DNA of 64,000 nt from Octopus sinensis (Eukaryota). The DNA lies in contig NC_043000.1 of NCBI RefSeq assembly GCF_006345805.1, forward strand, positions 35,402,001-35,466,000, in the 5' to 3' direction. The position numbers were made by a program, and so were the translations under genes. The notes beneath the pieces were generated by a model that saw only the letters and a program-made list of their open reading frames with translations, was not told where the DNA came from and searched no databases. Positions 24,757 to 38,159 of this stretch are shown here, piece by piece (positions within the stretch are counted from its first letter, which is position 1; each line of letters begins with the position of its first letter).

Positions 24757-25351
24757 CAACTACAAGAATAACAGCGTCAACATCATCGACGTCAGCAACA
24801 GTTGTACTAGCAGCAGCAGCAGCAGCAGCAAATGTCGAAGCTGTATGGCTCTCATTGTGTGTCTTGTATTGCGTTCAGCTGACATTATCTTGTCGGAGGT
24901 GGTGGGAGTTGATGTGGGTTACAGTAAAGGTCAACTAATTTAGGAGGGATACTGTTGTTTGCTTTTCTCACACAAAGTACAATAGACACTTCAGAAAAGG
25001 ACCAGTTACATCTCAACAACATCACCATCATCAGCAACAGCATCAGCAGCATCAACAGCAACAACATTCCTTGCAGCAGTAACTATGTTTGTCATTCCCA
25101 GAAAGTTTTCAAAATAGACCGTAAAAGAGGAATCTAAACGGAGCCTTTACCATCTTTTAAAACCGCTCTTTTGAAGATAAGTGTTTTCCTTTTAGTATTT
25201 ATGTAATTATTCAAATAACGGTGAAATGCTGAGCGAAATGGCGATAAGGGAAGGAAATGTTTTGTCATCACTGATTGCTACCTAGTTGTGCACTTCTCGA
25301 CCTGGTATTGCAAAATCTCACCCATTTACTGCCAACAGTCTATCTTAAGTC

Positions 25352-25685
25352 GGAGAACCCCTCTTCGGTCACGAATGACCATGGGATTGCACCTAGAAAG
25401 TTACCCGCCAAGGTACAAATCCAGGCAAGGTTGTTTATGGAAGACCAGCAGTCGCCTATGCATACCAGACTCCCTTCTCCACACCACTGATGTTACCCAA
25501 GGGAAAGGCAAAGGGGCTGATACAGCTTGGCACCGGTGATGTCGCAACTCATTTCTACAGCTGAGTGAACTGGAGCAACGTGAAATAAAGTGTCTTGCTC
25601 AAGAACACAATACGCAGCCCGGTCCGGGATTCGAACTCACAACCTCACGGTTGTAAGTTCGACGCTCTAACCACTGCGCCTTCAC
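25352..25685 (-). mobile_element. CORE-type tRNA SINE with a different 3' module from 14217-14463
   Basis: GTGGTTAGAGCG..GAGTTCGAATCCC head; CORE-like TTGAGCAAGACACTTTATTTCACGTTGCTCCAGTTCACTCAGCTG; tail CCCATGGTCATTCGTGACCGAAG. Confidence 0.85.
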
Positions 25686-26066
25686 GTAAAGATTTATATT
25701 AAGCAAAGATTATATTTGTGTGCAGTCTACTCATGCTGAAAGAAAGCTTGTATTAACGCCCTCTTCATGGTTTGCTACATACGATAATAACGATCTACTC
25801 AGATATGTTACGAGAATGTCTAAGTTGAATTATTCCAACACAAAGAGATTATACGCAGCCTTAAAACACTGTTAAAAAGCGTTGTAATTGAAAACTCAAC
25901 ATCACAACTGAGAGACAAATTAGATTTACGGAGATATACTTGCATAGCGAGTGACTTGATCTGAGATCGTGTGCTGGAACGAAAACAATTGCAGCGTGGA
26001 AGGTGCTTATAAGCCATTTAAGAAACGTACAAAAGCCGTTAGATTCACTTCAACATTTAAATTTAA

Positions 26067-26117
26067 TTTGTCAAAATATTTTCGTCGCTTTGAGACAGCG
26101 ATCTGTTCATTGACAAA
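26067..26117 (-). ncRNA. Hammerhead-like fold with non-canonical core (AUGAACA)
   Basis: tttgtca-ATGAACA-gatcgc(tgtctcaaa)gcgac-GAAA-atat-TT-tgacaaa: 7-bp helix I, helix II, palindromic helix III. Confidence 0.45.
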
Positions 26118-26467
26118 ACTTCGTACTGCATCACTCAAATCAAATTAGATTTAGTTTCATAATTAATAATTCAATGTTGAGGTAACACACTTCTAATTCC
26201 TCGAGTCTGGCTGATTGACTTTAGACATGAAACAACCACATGTTACCCTCGCTGCGTCTTGAGCCTTGACTTTAGACATGAGTCAACTCGATTTCGCCCC
26301 CTCTCTGTCAATTTGCCTATCTGTCTGTCTGTCTGTATGTATGTATGTCTGTCTTTTTCTCTCTATCTTTTATACAGACTGTACTAACGTTTCCCTGGTA
26401 AAGTAGTCGTCACATCTGCCATATTTTACAACAAAAGGTCTTCTATAATATATCGAGTCATAAATGC

Positions 26468-26530
26468 CAAGTAGTAGCAGTAGTAATAGTAGTAGTAGCA
26501 GCAGCAACAACAACAACAACAGTAGTAGTA

Positions 26531-26598
<68 letters not shown>

Positions 26599-26602
26599 TG
26601 TT
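26468..26602. repeat. (AGT)n/(AAC)n microsatellite
   Basis: Direct inspection. Confidence 0.95.
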
Positions 26603-27284
26603 GTTCTGGGATCGTCCATCTCATCTTTTTGAACATCAAGGATTCCATAACCCAATTTCTCCTATTTAAGATAGTATGAAAATTTGGGAGAGGTTTGGTC
26701 GCTCTTTCTAAGAGTAGCCCTGCTAGTACTGTGCAGGTTATTGCAATATATACATTGGAGATTACGCAGGTAACACCCATTAGAAAATCTGCAATGAAAT
26801 TGGTGAGCCGAGAAGGTTTTACTTAATCTATGGAAAGATTAATCAGGATGTTCAGTGAGAAAACCATTTGTCACCTCAAACCTAACGAAGAACTCCAGTG
26901 TAGCTTGTCGTTAGAGATGAGGGAATGGTCATGGCTTATATCTATGTCTCTATATCTCTTATATCTATGTTTCTGTCTCTAAGGCAGAAAATGTAGAAGA
27001 TATTGCTGACTTTAATGGCTCTAGAATTGCTATTGTCAAGAACAAGTAATTACGGTTGTGTGACGTAGAAGGAGTTTGTCATTTAGTCACCCATCCACGC
27101 AATTATTTATCCATTCATTATTTCATCCTTGAAATCTATTTCAGCCGAAATTGCGAGGATGATCCGGTTCTTGACTGAAGATAAAAGGCTTCGAATGACC
27201 CGTCCATATTTTTTTTTTCGTCTATCTGGATGTTTTGTTGTCCCGTTATGGCGTTCTTGTCCCATTTTGTATTTTATTTTATTT

Positions 27285-27358
<74 letters not shown>

Positions 27359-27688
27359 CGTCTGTTTGTCTGTCTATCTATCTATTTATCCATCCATCCA
27401 TCTATTCCTCTATCTATCTATTCTTGATAGTTTCCAGTGGCGGGTTTTGAAATCCTAATGCACCGATTCAAAAGTGATACCAAATGCATCCCCTCCGACA
27501 CAAGCGGTCCCACCAATCTACCACTCCCAGATTTGTTTCTTTTTTTTATCCCAAAAGGATGAAAAGTGAAGTTGACTTCGCGTGATTTGAACTCAGAGTG
27601 AATAATGTCGCTACAAAGAAAACCACGAGATATACTAACACACGCACACACACACACACACAAACAAACACACACACACGCACGCACG

Positions 27689-27735
<47 letters not shown>

Positions 27736-28619
27736 ACACACACACATACACAGATACACTTATAGTTCTTCCTAGACAAAAGAGAGTCATCTTTATACTT
27801 GTATCATAAAATATGTATTTCTGCACGTACAATGGGATTATATATCTTCTACAGGAAAATACTGTGACGAATGTATATATCTCATCATACACACATACGT
27901 ATACATATACACATAATGTACACATGCACCTATACGCACACATATACACATATTTGTGTGTGTATTTCTACGAGTACGTCTGCTCTCTGACAAAACTCCA
28001 CACGTAATGAAAAGATAAAAACTTGAATATTAAGCATTGTTAATTGAATCTTCATTGACCCAAAGCTTCTTGACTCTGACAACCAATAAAATTCTTTCTG
28101 CAAGCTCAATTTAAAGATCGATATTGATTATAAGGTGAAAAGCTATTGTCATCCTTGCGCTGATTCGACGACTTGGCCCACCCCACTCCCCGCCATATTG
28201 ATTGCCGATAAAAGCAACACAACATTCCTGACACCAATTAAAGAAGAAAAAATTGGACTCTTCCACCCAGCCCGCCTCCAACAGGCTCCAACACCAATCC
28301 CTTGCTGATAAACACAATCCTACAAACCTATTACCATATGGTTGATTCCCATTTCTTTAACACCCTCTTACAAATCACTTTCTCTGGTTTCCTCTATATT
28401 TTAACCTCAATTTTGTTTTAGGATCTCCTGGTTCAAATTAGCCGCGAGTTTATTCAGACCAGCATCTCCACTATCCGATAGAAACACGTTTTTTTGTCAG
28501 TGTATCTATTCATACATACATACACAAATACACATACATACATACATGCATACATACATACATACATACATACATACATACATACATACATACATACGTG
28601 CGTGCATACATATTTATAC

Positions 28620-28805
28620 ACATTCAGGTTTATACCTGTAACTATTGGGACATTGGGATACGTAACAAACTTCTTAAGTCCCCGACTTGAGAAATTAGAT
28701 TTCTCTAAACTAAAAGGGAGAAAGCTAATTAGAAGATTACAGATTCAAGCCATCAATGGAAATGTAAAAAAAAAAGTCTTCAGAAGTTTTGTGCGCATGA
28801 CTAGA
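28620..28805 (+). mobile_element. R4/Dong-like LINE 3' fragment (same family as 30245-31985)
   Basis: FRFIPVTIGTLGYVT..LEKLDFSK..RKLIRRLQIQAING. Confidence 0.85.
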
Positions 28806-28816
28806 TAAGCAACTAA

Positions 28817-28887
28817 CCGAATGCTGCGTTATTAGCTTTGAGAGTTGCTCGCACATCGACGCTCAAAGCTAATAATACAGTATTCGG
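28817..28887. other. 71-nt inverted-repeat hairpin
   Basis: ccgaatgctgcgttattagctttgag vs reverse complement of the right arm ccgaatactgtattattagctttgag (23/26 identical). Confidence 0.8.
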
Positions 28888-30244
28888 GGTTCTAATGAGA
28901 CATCATTGCTAAGTTAGATATAGAGATTACTCTTTGGAATTCTATGATACTTAATTCGCTCACATATGTTTTAATTGATCCAATACACTTTTTCTATTAT
29001 TTAATATGGTTTGCATACTTAATCGATCCATTTAGTGATCGAATCGACCAATTTATGGAACGTTCATTACCCGACCCATTCCCTTCAGAGCCTCTAAAAT
29101 ATATGTCGAAGTTTTATAAGATTGACACAATCAGAATTAGTCGAAGTGGGAAGTTGATAATGGACATATAAGATTTCCTGCCATTACTAATTACCCTGTG
29201 GCGAGTTTATACTCTTGGGAGCTAATGTTGTTATCAGAGGTTGGAGAAGCTAAGCCTGCGAGAAAAACTATTGGAAAAAGGGTCTACATAATGTCTATAT
29301 TCATTTGAAGAACGTGTTTAAGTGTCTAAGGTTATTTGAATGCGATTCAACATTCGTAGAAGAAAGAATGTAATAAAACTACTTTTGTAAAATATCTGAG
29401 AATTTCAAGTTTACAACCGTTAAATGGAATTATTAAAAAAGAAAAAGATTATTCTACATTATATTAGATGTGATAATTATACACCTGCAATTGCAAAGTA
29501 GAATGCATTTCGAAATAGTTAGAAAAGGAGTGTTTATAACATTAATCGAAGAAGGAGAGTTATTGAAATATGATCTAAATTTCAAATTAATTCAAATCCA
29601 GATTACTTCGGAGAGGATTTCTTATAATCGTAAATGTTTCATATTTCAGGTATAATCCTCAATAATGTAACCAAGGCATTAAACTTATCTATTTGTACCC
29701 AGGTAAACTAATCATTTAAGACTTATATATATCTTAAACACTTATATATATCTTACACATCGGGGGGATTGCTAATGTTCCTACAATTACACAATTCATT
29801 AAGCCTACAATTTTGGGGATTTTTATTTGTGTCACTGTTGATACTATTCTCTATATTAAACGGTGAGTAATTATCGCGTTCCATATCCTAACGAGAAAAA
29901 TATGAGACATTCTCACTCTTTGTCCTAACTAGATATATTTGCATCATTAGAGGTTAACGTAGGTTGTCTTCATTTTACACTCAGAATAAGAACTGATTTT
30001 TTTCCTTCGCTACGAAAGTGATCAATCTTTCAGCATTATGACCTGCAACAATATCTGCTAGATTACTTGTGGAAGAGTATGTAAATTTATTTGACAGTAT
30101 ACTTATGGAATATTTTACTGCACATACATACATACATACATACATACATACATACATACATACATACATACATACATACATACATACATACATACATACA
30201 TACATACATGCATAGATACATACATAAGCACATATAATTTCCAT

Positions 30245-31985
30245 ATTCATGTTAAGGAAGTCTGAAAGATATCTCACTGATTCACAAGGAAAGAGGTGTA
30301 CCAAAATTACACACTGTTTCTTTGTGGATGATTTGAAACTCTATGCACGAGATTAAAAAGAGCCTCGACCTAGTTACAACATTCTTAAAGGAAGTGGGGT
30401 TCGATTTGGTCAGGATAAATGTTGTTACATGGTTTTGAAATGGGAGAAAACTGTAAACCAGATTAGCAACATATCCTTCAATGACTTGAGTATTTCCACT
30501 ATATCTGACAAGGAATATTACAGGTATCTAAGGGTGGATGAAAACATATCTTACAATAGTAACTTGTAACAAAACACGTGTCGCTAAAGAATATTATAAC
30601 CGAATAAAGAAAATTTGGACCCTGGAACATACTGCACTCAATAAAACAGTAGCTAACAATGTGTTTGCAGTGCCAACATCCATACCAACATTTGGGCTGC
30701 TTGATTGGACGATTGATTAGATCCGAGCCAGTGATGTGAAAACCCGGAAGATACTAAGGAGCACATATAATTTCCACATAAAAAGTGACGTAGATCGCCT
30801 CTACCTAAAACGAAAACAAGATGGCAGAGGCTTAACATCGATCCAAACTGCCTTTGAATGTTGTATCATAACCCTTCGGCAACATGTTTTAAACACCAAG
30901 TGTCGAAGTGCATCCCTTGACCAAGTTTGCACACATGAAGCTGATAACATCATAAGACTTGGAAGGCAGCTCATTGAGCAGCATTCCTTGTCAGATAACC
31001 TAGAATACATGCCCAAAGAAGTCACACGACTCTACCGCAAAGTATCATTACATGAAAGAATGATCCTATATGAGCAAAAGACTATGCATGGATATGCTAG
31101 TAGAAAGTTCCGAGATGATAGTAACATTGATAATCAAAGCGGTCTATCATGGACCAACAACTGGATTACTATCCACTTTGAAGGGTATGCTTTTGCAATC
31201 CAAGAACAAGAAAAGCAGTAAATTAACACCGAAGACATCAGCCACATCATAAGCCATCGCGGTATTATCTACCGATAAGACATGATGTTGGAGCTAGGAC
31301 ACTTTGTAAGGAAATCCGTCGGAAGGATAATCCTGAGGACAAAGAATTAAGAACCCACAATATGGTAGAAGCCATAGCCACTCATTATAAAATGGAGCAA
31401 AGGTGGAATGTCCCAGTGAAGACCTCAATAAAATGTAAGCACAACAGACCTGATATAAGGATTTGTGATAGAGAAGAGAAACTATGCACAGTTGTGGAAA
31501 TTAACTGCCCAGTGGATGTTAGCATAAAGCTGAAGATCAGTGAAAAAGAGAATATCTACACTGAACTATTGAGAAATATGCAGTTACTCTATCCAGATTA
31601 CAAGTTCAAGTTTATACCTGTAATTATTGGGGTCCTGGGATATGTAACACACTTCCTAAATAGCAATCTTGAGAAATTAGGCTTCTCAAAACCAGAAAGG
31701 AGAAAGATGATTCGAAAACTACATATCCAATCCCTCACTGGAACTGTAAAAATCTGTGGAACTTTCCAGCAATATATCATTTAAATATTTATAAGGATGT
31801 CTAGATATGCAACTATATGCATGAGAATACATGCATATAGCAAAACATACAAATCTGCACACATACATACATACATACATACATACATACATACATACAT
31901 ACATACATACATACATACATACAAAAATACCCTGTTCTTGATATTGAAATTCCAGTGAAGGAGCGTTGAATCTAGAAATAGGATT
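30245..31985 (+). mobile_element. R4/Dong-like RLE LINE, 3' half, disrupted, with (CATA)n in the 3' UTR
   Basis: ITHCFFVDDLKLY; KTRKILR..FHIKSDVDRLYLKRKQDGRGL; EGYAFAIQEQE; CKHNRPDI..VVEINCPVD; zinc knuckle partly deleted. Confidence 0.9.
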
Positions 31986-32215
31986 GAATAATGACATATA
32001 TATATACATACGCGTGCACACACATTTATAAGGCGGCAAAAAGTGTATAGTCAAATTGGCGTAGGATGTGTGTTAGCCAACATTTCAGCCAATCCTTATC
32101 CAGGATTAAGATAACAAGCTGAGAAAATAAGGCAGCAAAGTTTTGCTTCCTCTATATTGCTCTATGATAGAAAATGCAAAAATCTGCTGTGTTTCCTTTC
32201 TTCCTTTCGTCATCT

Positions 32216-32251
32216 TAACTCTGAAGAAAAATCTGTCTGAAACGTTAGTTA
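32216..32251 (+). ncRNA. Degenerate minimal hammerhead-like motif
   Basis: taact-CTGAAGA-aaaatctgtct-GAAA-cg-TT-agtta; canonical core and 5-bp helix I, helix II eroded. Confidence 0.45.
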
Positions 32252-32519
32252 CTCCAGCGCCCCCTCCTGGAAATATCTCTGTACTGATTCGGCTGATTTA
32301 CCAATACTAATAATGAGACAGTAACAGCATTAACAGCTGTAATCTTAACTTTGACATTTGACTGTTTTAAGTATTTATTTAGTATCTCTGTAATATTTCT
32401 TCCAAAGCTTTTCACTCGTTCATCTATATTGTATATATATATTTTAATTCGTAAACCAATGTTTCATCCAATTCTTTTATCGCTTTTACTTTAACATGAC
32501 ACTAATGTTTTTTATTAAT

Positions 32520-34700
32520 TTACACTCTTCAAACTTTCATTGTCTCATTTTGAAAACCGAATTTCATGTCAACCCGTGTATTAACTGTAGCAGTGTTTCT
32601 AGTTGCTTATTATCTGCTGTGTTTAACTTTTCTCATCCATATAAAAACGCCATATGATTCTCCATTCATAGCACCAGTATATTTAAGCATGTTGTTTAAT
32701 GGTATCAACATTAAAGAGAAGTCCAGCGAAATGGAGTTTTTGTTAAATAGTTACCTACGAAGATTGTCTTTGTCTTTTTAATTCCTTTTGTTTCAAATAG
32801 AATTGTTTGCTATTTATTCATAACACATCTGATGTAACTATTTATTATGGATACTCCCCTACACATAATGTTATCAGGATCAACGGCTGGAGAATGTCTT
32901 TTAGTGATTACTCCGTGCGATCCTCAAATCCTTCTTCCAAAATCTTCAGTTAAGGCTTTGGTAATCGGTGATTGATATTAATAAATTTTGCTGTGTCCCT
33001 TATATTTTTTAGAAAGTAGTCTCTTTAATTTTTCGAGGTGAGCATTTTATATTTGCCGTACAATAGCTGCGAAAGATTTTGTATAAGCATAAAGATTATT
33101 GATCTACAGATCTGGGTATTTTTTGTTTGTTTACGCTCAAGAATTTAAGATGATTTTTAAACACTTTGTGCGTTTGTTTAATGTTGCTGGAGATTTATAC
33201 CTTTTTCGTGTTTTCCCGTTGTTCATGAGTAACTGTGGAGAAGCGTGGTTTGGGGAGGCGCATGGCTCACGGAAGTGTGTGGACCGTGGATACGCGTTGC
33301 ATAATGGTTAGGGTGTTCAGCTTACGATCATAAGACCTTGGGTTCGATTCCTGGACCAAGCCGCGCGTTATGTGTTTGAGTAAGATACTTCGTTTCACCT
33401 TATCCCTGTCGACTCAGCTGAAAATTGATATTGACTGCCAACCTCTCTCTTCAGCAGTCACATTCTCGATATTCTACTGAGTCTACATAGATATCTAAGA
33501 CAACTGGGAAAAGCATGGTGACTACATAGATATATAAGACAACTCGTGGCTACTTAGATATCTTAGACAACTGGCGAAAGCATGGTGCACTCTCTCAAGT
33601 CCCACTTATTTGCTAGTGGCTTTTCTAAGAATGTGCAACTCCTAATTCAAGTACTATGCTGGTTTTTTTAACATTCTCACTTAGGTTTACCCACACACTA
33701 ACCATACTATTCTATACAGTTCTTATATATTTCTGGCTTCTGTTGTTGCGTGGTTTTCTTTTCTTTACCCGGTTTGATGAAAAACCGTTTTGCGTTAGAA
33801 TCGAAATGTTCCTGCTGTTTAAGGAATCGTTGTCTCTTTCCATAACGGCCGATTCATTGCGAAGATCGTTTATTTTAGACGTTCTTTAATTTCAGGTGTT
33901 TCTATTTTTGCGTATTACATTCACTTTATCTTTTATCAGAGATCTCTGTGGTATTTGTCTTGTTTGTTGACAGAATTTCTGTCTATTCAGTTCTAATCTC
34001 ATTAACGATTCACAGATATTCTTCTTCGCTTTTTGTTCAGGTTTGTTTTCCCCGCTTGTTTACTTCGATTTAAATATTACTAGAAGAATAGTTTTAAGGG
34101 AGTCCACAATGTTTATTGTGACCCTTCTATACAGAATACTTAATTTAGCTTTGCGATATTCAATATTCACATCTATTTTCATTAAGTCTTCGATGGCCAA
34201 TTTGATGTTTTTGTTTGCTTTTTTTATTGTTGCTGTTTTTATCATGAAGGTTTTTTTTTTCTTTTATCTTTTGATCGTTCATTGAATGATGCCTCATAGA
34301 TTTCAATTCTTTAATTATTTCCACGTTTGAACTGAGTTCTTTAAATATTTCCACCATTTTAAAAACATTTCCATTTTGTTTCAATTTTTCTCTTCACAAA
34401 TCTTAGTTAATATTCATATTTCTGTTTGTGATTTGGATTTTATTGGCCAGTATTCAGCAAATATATCAATGTTTGATTTTGTTTCATCATTTATTTTGCT
34501 TATCTTCCCCTTGTCTTCTCTGGAGTATACTTTCTCAATGTTTACAGCTCCAATAATTTTATTCCTGTTTGCGCATTTGTTATTTGTTTTGAATTCGTTG
34601 TCGGTATTTTCGAGATGGATTCTTTCTTTTAAATGTTTTATTTCTGTGTCTGATATCTTTAAGGATTTATAAATGAATCTTCTTAAATTACTCAGTTGGG
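32520..34700 (-). mobile_element. Highly decayed R4/Dong-like LINE ORF (N-terminal region to RT)
   Basis: Minus fragments FKQQEHFDSNAKRFF, GDTAK, SISLDFSLMLIPLNNMLKYTG; strong A-rich strand bias; many stops. Confidence 0.5.
33250..33440 (+). mobile_element. CORE-type SINE (family D) nested in the decayed LINE
   Basis: TGGTTAGGGTG..GGGTTCGATTCCTGGACC..TTGAGTAAGATACTTCGTTTCAC..ACTCAGCTG. Confidence 0.7.
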
Positions 34701-35464
34701 TTTTAAATTTACTTTCCGACTAACATTATTGTCTCTTCAAATATAACACGAATATGTTACAATTGTCTCGATTTTGTAGAAGATTAAAGCTGTAAGATAT
34801 ATATTCAGTATAGAAATGTATGGTTTCCGTATGTATTTATGATTTTCTGCTTGTTTGTAGTAGATGAGAAATAAATTGTGTCCCTTTATTTAAAGCTCCG
34901 TAATATCCGTAGACTATCAGAGAATTTCGCTTACTTCAATTTTGTTCTTTTATTCTTTGCATATTCTTAAGTATGCAGTTCCTGCTTAAATTTAGACAGA
35001 AGGGTACGACTTTAATTTGTATTTTTTGTTGCTTTATATTTTTGACCGGGCTTATCTGTTGTTGATTTGAGTATACGAACTGACATGGCGAAAGAAATCG
35101 AGCGAGACGAACGTAAAACCTGATGGATTTGCCAACCACTGTCTTTTAAGGTAAATCTTTGTCCTTGTGTTAGATAAAATCATAAGTATATATAAATATA
35201 AGCACCAAGGCGCACATGTGTTCGAAGAAAAGTATTTCATTAAGTGTATTTTGAGGTGCAGAATCACAATTGGACAGCATGTGATTTGTTCAGAGCTATG
35301 CTAAGTCAAACAATACATCGTCTAAAAGTTTCAGTGTGAATTCGGGTGCTACTTTATAGATGTGGTTTAGTAAGGAATGATAGATGTGACAGGGTCATAT
35401 GCTTTAATAACTCTCCGGAACAATTTGTTACTTGTTAGAAATATATTTGAAGTTGGATTCAATT

Positions 35465-35680
35465 GTTGGAAAACAATGGCTTCAAATTTTGTCACACGAC
35501 CAGCAGTTTTTGAAGGGAAACATAAGTTGATTACATCGATCTCAGTAATCAACTGGTACTTATTCTATCGACCCTAAAAAGATGAAAGGTAAAGTCGACC
35601 TCGGTAGAATTTGAATTCAGAAAGTAAAGACGGACGAAATGCTGCGAAGCACTTTGTTCGGCGTGCTAACGATTCTATCA
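35465..35680 (-). mobile_element. SINE family B
   Basis: Reverse complement of the family B core and head. Confidence 0.85.
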
Positions 35681-35849
35681 ATGGCCCAATCCCCGCCCCA
35701 TTGTTGGTAGAGGATACCTGAGTTGTGTAATTTTGGCATTTCAGTTTGCTTGTGAATCAATGTGATGTCCTTCAGATTTCTTTAACATGAATGACAAGGG
35801 GATTATAGAAAGTATAAACAAGTTCACAGAAAAGCTGTCCCCTTAGAAT

Positions 35850-35857
35850 GTCTTTGC

Positions 35858-35888
<31 letters not shown>

Positions 35889-37350
35889 TGTATGTATGTA
35901 TGTATGTATGTATGTATGCATACATGTATGTATGTATGTATGCATACATGTATGTATGTATGTATGTATGTATGTACATATGTTCGTATATATGTATGTA
36001 TGTACGTACATATGTTCGTATGTATGTATGTATGTATGTATGTATGTATGTATGTATGTATGTATGTATGTATGTATGTATGCATGTATGTATATGTGCA
36101 GATTTGTATGTTTTGCTCTATGCATATACTCTCATGCATATAGTTGCATACCTAGACATGCACATATATATTTACATGATAAATTTCTGGAAAGTTTTAT
36201 AGATTTTTACAGTTCCGGTGATGACTTGGATATGTAGTCTTCGAATCAGCTTTCTTCTTTCTGAGTTTGAGAAGCCTAATTTCTCAAGATTAGTATTTAG
36301 GCAGTATGTTACATATCTCAATAATTACAGGTAGATCCACCAATTACAGGTATAAACCCGAACTTGTAATCTGGATAGAGTAACTGCAGGTGTCTCCATA
36401 GTTCAGCATAAGTGTTCTCTTTTCCACTGATCTTCAGCTTTATGTTAACATCCACTGGGCAGCTGATTTCCACAACTGTGTGCAGTTTCTCTTCTCTATT
36501 CCAATATATCAGGTCTGTTGTGCTTACATCTTATTGAGGTCTTCACTGGAACATTCCACCAGTACTCCATTTTACTATGAGTGGCTATGGCTTCTACCAT
36601 ATTGTGGGTTCTTATTTCTTTGTCATCGTTATTATCCTTCCGACGGATTTCATTATAAAGTGCCCTAGCTCCAACATCGTGTCTCATCGGTAGATAATAC
36701 CGTGATGACTCTTTCGGACAATTGCTTGTGATGTGGGTGATATTTTCAGTGTGACCTCGACAAAGTCTGCATCGGTTGTCACATTTTACTGCTTTTCCTG
36801 CATCTCTATCCCTCTGGTGTATCAGGTACTTGGTTGATATTTCTTGTTCCTGGATTTCAAACGCATACCCTTTGAAGTGGGAGTCAGTAATCCGGTTGTT
36901 GGTCCATGATAGACTGCTTTGATGATTGATGTTATAATCATCATGGAGCTTTCTATATTTATGCATAGTCTTCTGCTGATGTATGCCCATCCTTTCATCT
37001 GATGATACGTTGAGCTAGAGTCGTGTAACTTCTTTGGGCATGTATTTAAGGTTATCAGACAAAGAGTGTCGCTCAAGGAGCGGCCTTCCAAGTCTTATGA
37101 TGTTATCAGCTTCATGTATGCAAACTTGATCAAGGGATGCACTTCGACACTTTGTGGTTAAAAGATGTTGCCGAAGGGATATGATACAACATTCAAAGGC
37201 AGTTTGGATCGATGTTAAGCCTCTCGTTTTAGGTTGAGGCGGTCTACGTCACTGTCGATGTGGAAGTTATGTGTGCTCGGTAGTATCTTCCGGGTTTTCA
37301 CATCACTGGCTCGGATCTAATCAAGCCTCCAATCAAGCCCAAGTGCTGGT
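35850..37350 (-). mobile_element. R4/Dong-like RLE LINE 3' part, inverted relative to 30245-31985
   Basis: ORF 36496..36990 with CCHC knuckle CRLCRGHTENITHITSNC, RHD motif and KHNRPDI; same 3' UTR running into (CATA)n. Confidence 0.9.
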
Positions 37351-37728
37351 ATTCGATTCCTTGGCAACCTATAAGCACTTGAGATTCTTAGCAGCTCCTA
37401 GAACCTCTGGTCGCTCGGATTTCGTTCCACCTCCATGGAGAGGTCAGATTGTCCTGCGGGATACTGGGGCCCATTTCTTCGCGTTGTTGTAGCTTTCGAA
37501 TGAAGCCACGCCGTTTGTTAGGCAAACAGCCATGCTTGCCTCTTCAGTTTAGTTTGTTTTCAACGTCTAGCTAATAGACTACGTATTCGCTTCAGCGAAA
37601 CAGACATTCCGTAGGGTCAGTAGTCCGGTACTTTTGTAATGAATACGATGTGTTGGAAGAATTCTATGACGAGCTTGAGAAAGCGTTATCACCGTAGTGA
37701 TAGATTTCGACGCAAAAAAAGCCGGACA

Positions 37729-37835
<107 letters not shown>

Positions 37836-38159
37836 GTTGGGAAGTTTGAACCTGGGGAGAGAAACATAAGGGGAGAATGTTTGGTTACTATGGATGAAGC
37901 ACATATATATATATATACAACCTTTATACAAATACTTTTGTGAACATCAAAGCAGAAGAGAAACAATTTTTTTTATGGGCAAAGCCATGATATATCTGCC
38001 TGATAACCCCTACTATAAAAATGAAAGCAAGGAATACTCTAAATAACAGCAACAAATAAAGAAATGACCATCTACCTTTTGTGATTTAATCCTTTTGCTT
38101 TGACACTGTAAAGGTCAAAGATACAAAATCCAGTATTTAGTATTTGGGTGTGTCAACTT

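Noticed and set aside
27124-27161. catcct...GAAA...aggatg hammerhead-like stem
   Set aside because: Helix I is present but the CUGANGA box and UH site are missing.
37350-37660. GC-richer stretch, possibly a LINE ORF1 remnant
   Set aside because: No motif strong enough to assign.
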